Shown in pieces: positions 21,283 to 29,599 of a stretch of 33,810 nucleotides of DNA; position 1 is the stretch's first letter, and every line of letters starts with the position of its first letter. The stretch covers positions 1-33,810 of the forward strand of contig QOAX01000277.1 in assembly GCA_003972865.1 (NCBI GenBank). The letters run 5' to 3'. The notes under the pieces were generated by a model. That model searched no databases. It had not been told where the DNA came from and saw nothing but the letters and a program-made list of their open reading frames with translations. Made by a program: the position numbers and the translations under genes. The DNA is from Verrucomicrobiota bacterium. GTDB lineage: Bacteria > Verrucomicrobiota > Verrucomicrobiia > Limisphaerales > UBA1096.

Positions 21283-22092
21283 GTGAAGTTCGATCAACCC
21301 AGTTCCACTGCAAGGCTCATTGCCCGAAGCCTTCTATTTCTTGCCCAGGAAAAACGCTTTTTGGAACTAATGCCTCCGGGCATGCTTGAGGGAACCTCTT
21401 GCTTTGCCGCAGACAACCCCGAGGCCCGGGAACGTCTGGCCAGACGCCTGAGGACCCCTGTTGTTCGGCTCTTCGTTAAAGCCGTCGAGGCCCTTGTCCT
21501 GCCCGGCATTCAGATTCACTACCTCCTGCGCAAACTTGCGCTAGAGGCCCTCATTCGGGACAGCCTTGCCAACGCTACGAGGCAGGTGGTGGTTCTCGGC
21601 GCTGGTCTGGACACCTTGGCGGGAAGGCTGCACCACGAATTCCCCGACGCCCGATTCTTGGAAGTCGACCACCCAGCCACGCAGCGTGCCAAAATCGAAC
21701 TCATGCATGACTGGCTCGCGCCCGGCCCGAATCTGTATTTTCTATACGGGGACCTTGCCGAGCAAACCCTTGACAAACTGCTCCTGGAATCTCCTCACTT
21801 CGAACCGGGATCACCAACGCTTTTTCTCGCCGAGGGACTGCTCATGTACCTGCCTGTGGAGCAAATCGACATCATCTTCGCTTTCGTGAGCAGTCATCAT
21901 CCTGCAAACCGTATTGCCTTTACCTACATGGAAAATCAGCCGCCCGCAGGTAAGCCCGGGTTCGAGGGGTTCCGCTGGTTCACCAATGCCTGGCTACGAT
22001 GGAAGAACGAGCCGTTCACCTGGGGATTGTCGAGGAACGAGGTTGAATCCTTTGTCCGACAGCGGGAGATCTGCAACTGCTGGAGCACTTGA
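21283..22092 (+). CDS. Class I SAM-dependent methyltransferase, LCMT / TcmP-like (COG3315, TIGR00027-like). The 3' end is possibly frameshifted (see findings).
   Basis: VVVLGAGLDTLAGRL (SAM motif I), FLEVDHPATQRAK and TLFLAEGLLMYL are typical of the leucine carboxyl methyltransferase superfamily. I prefer the in-frame GTG at 21283 (VKFDQPSSTARLIARS) to the listed TTG at 21115. GC is intermediate, about 48-63% in sampled lines. Confidence 0.7.
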   Translation: MKFDQPSSTARLIARSLLFLAQEKRFLELMPPGMLEGTSCFAADNPEARERLARRLRTPVVRLFVKAVEALVLPGIQIHYLLRKLALEALIRDSLANATRQVVVLGAGLDTLAGRLHHEFPDARFLEVDHPATQRAKIELMHDWLAPGPNLYFLYGDLAEQTLDKLLLESPHFEPGSPTLFLAEGLLMYLPVEQIDIIFAFVSSHHPANRIAFTYMENQPPAGKPGFEGFRWFTNAWLRWKNEPFTWGLSRNEVESFVRQREICNCWST

Positions 22093-22438
22093 ACGCAACG
22101 TATCTCCGAGAAAGGTTCTTGTCTGAAAATGAGACCCTCCGGAATCTGAAGCCCATCTCGGGGGAATCCATCGCTTTCTGCCAGACGGCCTGAATCCTAA
22201 TCGTTACCAAGCTCAAACGCCCATGGCGCCGCCTTTGTGTCTGATTGGCGTTGATGGTGATTGCGATTTCAACATTACAACCGTTTTGAAAGCCAATTCT
22301 TTCCGGGAATGGCATGCCTCCTGAGTGCCTGTTCCAGTGTGCCACCGGGATGCTGTTTCCCTTAACAGTCTTGCCCTACATTAGCTTGTCGAAAAGAGGG
22401 TTGAGAGTTCATTTTGAAAAGCATAAGTGTTTTCGGAT

Positions 22439-23566
22439 CTATCCAGGTGAAGAATATGTAGAAAGGGTTCGTTCAGACTCAATGTTAAGGCCGAATCCAC
22501 CTTTGCTTTCTGATCGGAAGGGGGCAATGATTTTTCCTTTTTCTCCAAATGATATTGGCTCGTCGGTAATATCATATTTCAGTAAATGCGTTCCGAATGC
22601 TCCTTCTTGAGCTAGTAAGATTTCCCGACAGTTATTAGCAACAGCAAGGGCAGCCCTCGTGAGGATACTGGTTTCGCCGACTTGTGCCCCAACAACGATT
22701 GGAATTTTTAGTTCTTTGGCCTTGTCGATGATGGCAAGGGAACGAAGAATACCCCCCATCTTTGAAATTCTAAGGTTTATTATCCAATATTCTGGATCAT
22801 CCTCAATATGTTGAAAATGCTCAATACAAAGGAAACTTTCATCAAGTATTATTGGCGTTTTTAATGTTTTTGACAGATGCCGGCAACCACGAAAATTCCC
22901 TGCCTTAAGTGGTTCCTCCACGGCTAGAAATTCATGGTCAAGTTCCTGAATGTAGGTTTCCGCATCTGTGGTATCGGCCCAAAAATTGTTGGCATCGAGT
23001 CTTATTGTTGAGTCGGGGACATTATTTACCAGGCAGTTTACTTTAGCTTGATCCAACTTTAGGTCGCCTGATATTTTCATCTTGAAATCAGTGAAACCGA
23101 TACGAAGATAACGGTTTAGTTGACTATTAAAGCTAGACAGGTTCTGAGCATCCAACACGGCTGTATATTGAAACTCACCACTTAGTTGTTTTAGTGAAAG
23201 AAGTGATTCGACTGATTCTGAATTCGATTTTGCAAGCAAGTCTATAACGGCTAACTCAACCGAGCAGAACGCTGCCGGGTTTTTATCAATTAATGACTGG
23301 TTTTCACGAACCCATTGTCTGAGGTCCTCCGCACATGAGACTTCTAGGATGGAATCGTGTTGAGTATTGATAAATTCAAGTGCCGTATCCACGGTTTCAT
23401 CGGTGACATATCTGCGTGGACAACCCTCTCCATGACCCATTTCACTACCCACCGATTCAATTTCAACGAATATGCTTTGTGATTCAAGTCGTGTAGCTGA
23501 GGCATGACTAAATACCGCGTTGAAAGGTATTCGCAGTGGCCTTGCGGTAATCTCGTTAATTTTCAT
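22439..23566 (-). CDS. Enolase-superfamily enzyme of the muconate-lactonizing (MLE) subgroup: dipeptide epimerase, N-acylamino-acid racemase or OSBS-like
   Basis: The full catalytic set is visible: KxK (FKMKIS, K162/K164), metal ligands D191 (IRLDANNFW), E218 (AVEEP) and D242 (ILDES), and the second base K269 (RISKMGG). The ATG overlaps the GH3 stop (ATGA). Confidence 0.85.
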   Translation of the reverse strand: MKINEITARPLRIPFNAVFSHASATRLESQSIFVEIESVGSEMGHGEGCPRRYVTDETVDTALEFINTQHDSILEVSCAEDLRQWVRENQSLIDKNPAAFCSVELAVIDLLAKSNSESVESLLSLKQLSGEFQYTAVLDAQNLSSFNSQLNRYLRIGFTDFKMKISGDLKLDQAKVNCLVNNVPDSTIRLDANNFWADTTDAETYIQELDHEFLAVEEPLKAGNFRGCRHLSKTLKTPIILDESFLCIEHFQHIEDDPEYWIINLRISKMGGILRSLAIIDKAKELKIPIVVGAQVGETSILTRAALAVANNCREILLAQEGAFGTHLLKYDITDEPISFGEKGKIIAPFRSESKGGFGLNIESERTLSTYSSPG

Positions 23567-25236
23567 CGTTGGACAATATACCGATTAAAATCAAAGTTAC
23601 ATTCATTGTCATATTGCAGCCTAACCATTTTGAATTGGCCTTCACGCTGCCCTTTTTGGATGCAGTGACTCTTGTATTCCTCTGCTGCTTTATCCCTCAA
23701 GCACTGCACTCTGACAGGCCTTAGTCTCCCGCTTTTTCGTTTGTTTTCATATTCAATATTCAATTTGCAAAGACGTTGATCCAGTTCAATTTCTAACCGG
23801 GTTTCAATATTCTCATGTTGTACATAAAGGGTGTATTGCGATGATTCTCTATGTGCTATCATAATGAAGAACTCAAAGGTAGTGTTCATGTCCTCCATCA
23901 TATTCATTACTGCATTGGTGACCTGAGTTTCATAAAGCTTTTCCCCGGTCAAGTTTGTGACACCACGACCTTTTTGCACAAATCTTATAGTGGGTGTGTT
24001 GTTATACCATCCTGTCACCTCTACGATGTCATTAATGAAATAACGATATAAACCATTTTGAGTGGTCACAATGATATAGTATTGAGCATCTTTTTCGACT
24101 TCAGTTAACCTCTTGAATTTAAAAATGTTATTTTCCCAGTCATCTCGCTGGACAAATTCGAAAAAGTTTTCATGAATTGTAGGAATCTGGATATTGTTTG
24201 CTATATCGATCGTGATGCTTCCTCGAAACTCACTTGCCATGTATCCCATCTCGCTAATGACAGCGTTCGTGGCTAATTGCTTTCTTAGGGAAGGTAATAA
24301 AACACTACAATTACCTGCAGTCCATGTTGATACGAGCCTAAGATTTGGCCAAACATCTGTGAATCCGATAAACCCTTTTTCCCTTACCAGGAATTTAAGT
24401 TTGTTTGCCCTTTCAGGCTGTCTTTTAAACCTTCTTTTTATTGCGCTCAGTTTAACGCAATCCAAGGTGCTCTTGACGGACAGTTCACCGGTTTCGATAT
24501 CGCGGATTAACTGAACGGAATTTTCATTAATTGTATTCAGTATCTTTAAAATAGTAGAAGGGTTAGCCGTTGCCAACATAGTGATTTCGCTCTCTGCCAA
24601 GGCAAAAGCTGCAATCATATAATATTTATCATCATAATTGTCTATTTCAAATATCTCTGAAGGTAAAACATATCTTTGATGTAAAATGCTTGGCATGCTT
24701 TTGTAAATAAATCCCGACATAGATCCAAATGGTGTCCCTGTTTCCAAGAACCCTTCGATATCAGGGCTCACAATGGCTAAAATCTTTCCAAAGAAAATAT
24801 CCGGGAAGGTGCTATATTGCGCATAAGCAAAAATATTCTGGCTGTATTTATAATTTTTAACTGTGCTCTTCAATATGGGAACATATTTGGGTTCACCGGT
24901 GGTACCGCTCGTTTGGGCATACATGATAGGCTGTTCGGCATTCAGCATAGGCTTCTTCTTGATTTCTTGGTTCTCAATTAACATCCGTAGGTCTTCATAG
25001 GTGTGCACATTCACAGTTGCACTAAAGTCCCTGTAAGAATTTATCCTTTCTAGTCCCAATTGCTTTCCATAGACGGTACCCTTGTTTGCCTTTAATATAC
25101 TTCTCAGTAGTAAATCTTGATATTTGCTTGGCTGTTTGGTCTTACTTATTAAGGGGTCAAAACAGAAATACTTGATCCATACCATTCTCAGGCGGATGAA
25201 TAGGTCTAGAAATATTTTGATAGCTTTACTAACCAC
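23563..25236 (-). CDS. GH3-family acyl-acid amido synthetase (adenylating; 'GH3 auxin-responsive promoter' family, PF03321-like)
   Basis: All three GH3/ANL nucleotide motifs are present: QTSGTTGEPKYVP, GYMASEF and YRYFINDIVEV, followed by TPTIRFVQKGRGVTNLTGEKLYETQV. 557 aa. The GTG start lies 2 nt after the hydroxylase stop, and an in-frame ATG 17 codons downstream is an alternative. Confidence 0.85.
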   Translation of the reverse strand: MVSKAIKIFLDLFIRLRMVWIKYFCFDPLISKTKQPSKYQDLLLRSILKANKGTVYGKQLGLERINSYRDFSATVNVHTYEDLRMLIENQEIKKKPMLNAEQPIMYAQTSGTTGEPKYVPILKSTVKNYKYSQNIFAYAQYSTFPDIFFGKILAIVSPDIEGFLETGTPFGSMSGFIYKSMPSILHQRYVLPSEIFEIDNYDDKYYMIAAFALAESEITMLATANPSTILKILNTINENSVQLIRDIETGELSVKSTLDCVKLSAIKRRFKRQPERANKLKFLVREKGFIGFTDVWPNLRLVSTWTAGNCSVLLPSLRKQLATNAVISEMGYMASEFRGSITIDIANNIQIPTIHENFFEFVQRDDWENNIFKFKRLTEVEKDAQYYIIVTTQNGLYRYFINDIVEVTGWYNNTPTIRFVQKGRGVTNLTGEKLYETQVTNAVMNMMEDMNTTFEFFIMIAHRESSQYTLYVQHENIETRLEIELDQRLCKLNIEYENKRKSGRLRPVRVQCLRDKAAEEYKSHCIQKGQREGQFKMVRLQYDNECNFDFNRYIVQR

Positions 25237-25238
25237 AA

Positions 25239-26120
25239 TTATCCTTGGTCCATTCCTTTTTTAAACGGAGTCTTTAGTTGACTCAAAAAATCCAAGGGAT
25301 ATTTTCTATTTTTCAAGCCCAATTCCCGGACCATCTTGGTCTTAGGGAGATACCAAGTACCAAATACCAAGTCCCATATGATTAAGTTATTTCCGTAGTT
25401 TTTATTGGACTCACCGAGGACAACCGAGTGGTGCCAACGATGCAGTTCTGGGCCGCTTACAATGTAATTTAACGGTCCCAATTTGAGTTCAATATTACAG
25501 TGCTGAAAAAATCCGTTTATGGCAAAAAAAACAAAATAAAGAGCCAGCACCTTGCCTGAAACTCCGAGAACAATGAAAGGTAATGAGTCAAATAAAAATT
25601 GCAGGCCTTTTTCAATGGGATGAAATCTTCCCACATTGATCCAGTACAGTTTATGAGGCGAATGATGCACGGCATGCAGACGCCATAAAAGCATCCATTT
25701 ATGGCTCAATCTATGCAACCAATAACGCAAAAAATCCGCACTTAAAACCATAAGAACTGCCTGCGTGTAAACTGGCCATGTATCGGGCCATAATCGATCA
25801 AATGTGTATCCACTTGAACGGAGCATTTTAAGTAGAGTAATGGAAAAGAAAAACGAAAGAATTTTGACTAAAAGGACTTGAACCAAAAACATATAAGACA
25901 AGTCGTTTAACACATCTCCTCTTTTCGCTAACCATTCTTGTCGATGTGGAAATTTTAATTCCATTAAAGTGATAACAGTCAGCCCTACCGCTACTGGGAT
26001 ATATGTTGCAATTTGGAGCGAAAAATCAAGATCGAGGATTAGATAATGTAATAATAGGCATGTTCCCATCAATACCGGGTAAGTAACTATTGGAACTATT
26101 ATCTTGAAAAATTCTTTCAT
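25239..26120 (-). CDS. Fatty acid hydroxylase / sterol desaturase-family integral membrane di-iron oxygenase
   Basis: Histidine boxes HRLSH, HAVHH and HRWHH with the expected spacing. Several hydrophobic helices in the N-terminal half. ATG at 26120. Confidence 0.85.
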   Translation of the reverse strand: MKEFFKIIVPIVTYPVLMGTCLLLHYLILDLDFSLQIATYIPVAVGLTVITLMELKFPHRQEWLAKRGDVLNDLSYMFLVQVLLVKILSFFFSITLLKMLRSSGYTFDRLWPDTWPVYTQAVLMVLSADFLRYWLHRLSHKWMLLWRLHAVHHSPHKLYWINVGRFHPIEKGLQFLFDSLPFIVLGVSGKVLALYFVFFAINGFFQHCNIELKLGPLNYIVSGPELHRWHHSVVLGESNKNYGNNLIIWDLVFGTWYLPKTKMVRELGLKNRKYPLDFLSQLKTPFKKGMDQG

Positions 26121-26407
26121 TTTTCACTTTTCGTTGACGGTTTCCCGCTGTTGAGGAAGCAAGTTATCACATATCATCTGAAAACCGTCCATTGATAAAA
26201 TCAATGATAACATCGACTGAATCAATACTCACCCCGCACGACTCCAAGGGGTTACTGCGCCTGCCCCCATTCTTCGACCACAGCTCGTGATGGGGTCAGT
26301 TCTTGTTATTGACAAGTAACGGGTATTCAAACAGGGGTCACCCTGCGGACTAACATTTTAGAGCGCATTATTTTGACAACCCGTCCCGCCGGCCCGGACA
26401 TCACGTA

Positions 26408-27646
26408 TCATTTGCCCGGACGTACCGGTTGCAGCCAGGCGCGTTCGTGTTCCCCGGCGACGTACGGGTTGGCTTTCTTTTTCGAGGCCATGATCTCGGC
26501 GCGGACGTACAGCTCGTCGCCGTTGAAGGTGTAGCTTGGCTCGAGCGACTGCGATTGGCCGAGGATCTCGCCGATGCCGGCCTCGCTTGGCTTGAGTGAG
26601 TTGCGCTTGGGCAAGTCACTGCTGCTCTTGAAATTCTTCCGCGTGCCGATGAACCATGTGGTGTATGTCACGCCCGCCTCCGGCTGGATGCGGAAACTGT
26701 ACTTGCGCCTGGCCAAGCGGACGTCGTGCACGGCCACGCCGCTCGAGGCGTAAAAGTCGCCGCGCTCCATCGCCGCTATGATCGACTCCGGCGTGAGCGA
26801 CTTGGCGCGAACCATCACCCACCCGCGGCCGGTGTTGCTCTGGCCAACGGCGAGGTCGTGGTAGTTGTGCGCGTCGTCGGTGCCCAGGGCGAACATCAAC
26901 GGCAGCTTGTGTACGCCGAGCCGGTAGGCGTTGATCACGTCCCAAAGCTGCCCCGTGCTGAGGTGCTTGGAGTCGCCGTAGTTCCGTACCGCTGGGTGGC
27001 CGTTGTACACCTCGAAAAACCGTTCGCCGCGCAGCCGGATCATGTCGGCCGGCTGGATCGCCCAGCCGAAGTTGGGGTGGTTGATGTGCGGGAACATCGG
27101 CTGGCCGGTCGCCTTGCGCTGCGCCAGCACGGCGTCGATGTTTTTCTGCATCGTCGCCGCCACCCCGGCCCCGCCCTGCGGCGGGATTTGTTTCCCGATG
27201 TTGGTGACGTTGATGTGGATCGGCAGGCCCTGAAACTGGTCGGAGATTTCCTCGCTCTGCATCAGCAGGAAACTCCCCGGCACGGCCATCTTCGGGCGAT
27301 ACTCGGCGTAGGTCTTGAGCCGGACCTGCGGGACGCCTTTCACGACCCTGTGCTCGACCCAGTCGTTTCCGAAGCGCTTGAGGTATTTGTCGAATGCCCG
27401 CAGACCGCCGGCGTTTTTCTCCTGGTGAATCCAGCGCTGCCCCTCGGCCAGCACATTGTGGTCGGAGACGGCGAGAAAGTGGTAGCCATTGTCGCGGTAC
27501 CAGTCGGCGATCATCTCGGGATAGTCGTCGCCGTCGCTCCAGAGCGAGTGGGTGTGGAGGTTGCCCTTCCACCATCGGGCGTCCGCGGCGGAGAGGGTTG
27601 AGGCAGCCAGCGCGAATGCGATCGTGAGGGGGAACTTGGTTTTCAT
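26408..27646 (-). CDS. Secreted PHP-domain metallo-phosphoesterase (CehA/McbA-like)
   Basis: Signal peptide MKTKFPLTIAFALAASTLSA, then WWKGNLHTHSLWSDGDDYPE and FLAVSDHN (PHP His/Asp motifs). The ATG at 27646 is preferred to the listed TTG at 27676. Confidence 0.75.
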   Translation of the reverse strand: MKTKFPLTIAFALAASTLSAADARWWKGNLHTHSLWSDGDDYPEMIADWYRDNGYHFLAVSDHNVLAEGQRWIHQEKNAGGLRAFDKYLKRFGNDWVEHRVVKGVPQVRLKTYAEYRPKMAVPGSFLLMQSEEISDQFQGLPIHINVTNIGKQIPPQGGAGVAATMQKNIDAVLAQRKATGQPMFPHINHPNFGWAIQPADMIRLRGERFFEVYNGHPAVRNYGDSKHLSTGQLWDVINAYRLGVHKLPLMFALGTDDAHNYHDLAVGQSNTGRGWVMVRAKSLTPESIIAAMERGDFYASSGVAVHDVRLARRKYSFRIQPEAGVTYTTWFIGTRKNFKSSSDLPKRNSLKPSEAGIGEILGQSQSLEPSYTFNGDELYVRAEIMASKKKANPYVAGEHERAWLQPVRPGK

Positions 27647-27773
27647 GCGTTGAAGTGGGCGAGCGTAGAGTTTCAAGTTTTCAGCTGCAAGTTTTCAATC
27701 ATCGCTTGATCCAATCGCGGCCGCGCCTGTTGCTTCTCCAAACAAGATTGCCTGGCCAAGCGCCTGGCCAGTT

Positions 27774-28484
27774 TTAATGCTGGGAGTGGAACACGCTGGC
27801 GAGAATTGACTCCTTGGTTTTCCAGAGGAGAGACATGGTCATCGACAGCGGGATCAGTACGCAGACCAGCACGAACGCCATGAAGAGCCACGGCTGCAGC
27901 CTGGCCGCCATGGCCACGAGCTGGAGGAGCAGTTCCGGCGGCTCTTCAATGAGCGACACCAGGTACATGACGCCGAAGCCGATCGACGCCATCGCCAGCA
28001 GCACGCAGTTCATCCGGGAAAACAGCTTCGCCTCAACCCGAAGCGTCTCATCCGGCAGCATGGCGGCGAGGCGCGACAACATCTTGTTGAGCGACATCAG
28101 GTAAAATACGAACACCAATGTCAACAGCCCAACAGCGTTGGCAAAGCCCAATTCGTCCGGCGCGCGGTGGTGCCAGTGCAAAAATGGAGACAAGCCAAGG
28201 TTGATCAGTCCGAGGAGTTTTACCTCGCCAAGCGCCTCCTGCCAAACGCGTTCCTGCAGCTGAAAACTGCGCAGCAGCCACAGTCCGTACCACAGCATGC
28301 TGAACGCCACCGGCGGCAGAAGCATGCCCAGCGGCCAGACAGCATCGGTCCAGTTTGAAGTGGTGGCCATGATGCTGACAACCATCGCAAACGGCAGTCC
28401 CCAAAAAAGCATCGACGTTCCGTGCACCACCCGGGCCAGCGATGGAAGCGGGTCTGGTTGTGTGTTGGTTTCGTTTATCGTCAC
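27774..28484 (-). CDS. Hypothetical polytopic membrane protein
   Basis: About 6 hydrophobic segments, for example MLFWGLPFAMVVSIMA and WLFMAFVLVCVLIPLSM. The listed start is GTG and the true start is uncertain. No family recognised. Confidence 0.55.
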   Translation of the reverse strand: MTINETNTQPDPLPSLARVVHGTSMLFWGLPFAMVVSIMATTSNWTDAVWPLGMLLPPVAFSMLWYGLWLLRSFQLQERVWQEALGEVKLLGLINLGLSPFLHWHHRAPDELGFANAVGLLTLVFVFYLMSLNKMLSRLAAMLPDETLRVEAKLFSRMNCVLLAMASIGFGVMYLVSLIEEPPELLLQLVAMAARLQPWLFMAFVLVCVLIPLSMTMSLLWKTKESILASVFHSQH

Positions 28485-28663
28485 AGGCTAAGGTAGGTCT
28501 GGTCGCGAAGGCCAGCGGTGTAGTCGGTGCGCAGCCGCATGCCCTCGGACGGTTGAGTTGGTCGTCGGTTGGGATTGGGAGGAATCACTCATGCCATCCC
28601 GCAAAGGACGCACACTATACGAACGGCTAAAGCGAGTTCAATCGCGAAGAAAAAGCGGCGAAC

Positions 28664-29593
28664 TCATTTGTCCGTAGCCACAAACGTCGTCACCACCGGG
28701 CGGTGATCCGAGCCGTGACCCCAGTTTGCTACCATCGGAATCCACGAGTTGCCGCGATCCCACTCTCTGGCCATGCCAGGGCTGAGCAGGACGAAATCAA
28801 TACGACTGTACACATCCTCCACACCATAAAAATGCGTCCACGACACGTTGCGCGGGAACCATTTTGAGTTGATCCGGTTCGGGCCGCTGTCGCCGTTGCG
28901 TTCGCCGGGGCGCGTGTCCACAAGCTGCGATTTGCCGCGACCGATGAGCGTCTTCACCGGTTTGGAATTATAGTAGTCGTTGAAGTCACCAAGCACGGCA
29001 AAGTTCATCTCCGGGTTCGCCTTGAGCCGCGCGTCAATGATCCGCCGCAGCCGGTACGCCTCCTGCAGGCGCATCTCCGCCTCGTCCGCGACCGACACTT
29101 TTCGCTTCGACTTCAGGTGCGCGGTGATCAGGGAAAACGAATAGCCGCCAAGCGCAATCTCCACCTCCGCAAATCCCCGGCTGACATGCAGCCGGCGGCC
29201 GTTGAGCAGGTAGCTCTCGTTGTCGTGCCGCGTGATTTTCTTGAACGGAAACCGGCTGAGATACGCGACATGAATCGCCGTGTCGAACGCCGACAAATGC
29301 TCCGCGTGCGGCAGGTTGAGTCCCTTGGCCTTGAGCGCGGCCTGCAGCTCGGCCAGTGCTGTTTTTTTGCCCATTTCCTGCAGCGCAATCACGTCCGGCC
29401 TGGCCGCGAGGATGCTCTCGACTATCTTCGCCTGGGCAAACGGTTTCTTGAGCGGCCGGTTCTGGATCGGCTCAAGGATGAAATTCTCCACGTTGTACGT
29501 CGCCACGCGGAAGGTCTGCTGCGCCTGCGCCTGGCCAAGCGGCCAAGCCAAGCCAACGGCCACCGCCGCGATAAAAAACTTGTGCAATCTCAC
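28664..29593 (-). CDS. Secreted endonuclease/exonuclease/phosphatase (EEP) family protein
   Basis: Signal peptide MRLHKFFIAAVAVGLAWPLGQAQA. EEP catalytic blocks: ATYNVENF, ALQEMG, ITAHLKS, LGDFND, RIDFVL and GSDHRPV. The GTG start lies 6 nt after the upstream stop. Confidence 0.85.
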   Translation of the reverse strand: MRLHKFFIAAVAVGLAWPLGQAQAQQTFRVATYNVENFILEPIQNRPLKKPFAQAKIVESILAARPDVIALQEMGKKTALAELQAALKAKGLNLPHAEHLSAFDTAIHVAYLSRFPFKKITRHDNESYLLNGRRLHVSRGFAEVEIALGGYSFSLITAHLKSKRKVSVADEAEMRLQEAYRLRRIIDARLKANPEMNFAVLGDFNDYYNSKPVKTLIGRGKSQLVDTRPGERNGDSGPNRINSKWFPRNVSWTHFYGVEDVYSRIDFVLLSPGMAREWDRGNSWIPMVANWGHGSDHRPVVTTFVATDK

Positions 29594-29599
29594 GATGAT

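Larger units (their letters stand above)
22200..26350. other. Low-GC compositional island, a putative horizontally acquired cassette. No integrase, transposase, tRNA or flanking direct repeat was recognised.
   Basis: Hand-counted 60-nt lines gave 35% (23581), 27% (24601) and 38% (25501), against 62% at 20041. There is only one TTGGCCAA copy (24345), whereas I counted 30 copies in the first 20 kb of host DNA. Boundaries are approximate. Confidence 0.75.

Noticed and set aside
22016-22345. A 109-aa minus-strand ORF in the gap between the methyltransferase and the enolase-family gene, with an internal AGGAGG immediately before an ATG.
   Set aside because: It overlaps the methyltransferase 3' end, especially the probable extended frame. 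The AGGAGG-to-ATG spacing is only 1 nt, and the peptide has no recognisable features. I also considered it as a precursor peptide but found no support.
20875-22438. A search for tRNA genes, integrase remnants or direct repeats marking the island borders. The right border at 26121-26407 was searched as well.
   Set aside because: I found no cloverleaf-like sequence, no recombinase-like ORF and no shared string of 10 nt or more between the two borders. The absence is reported rather than any feature.
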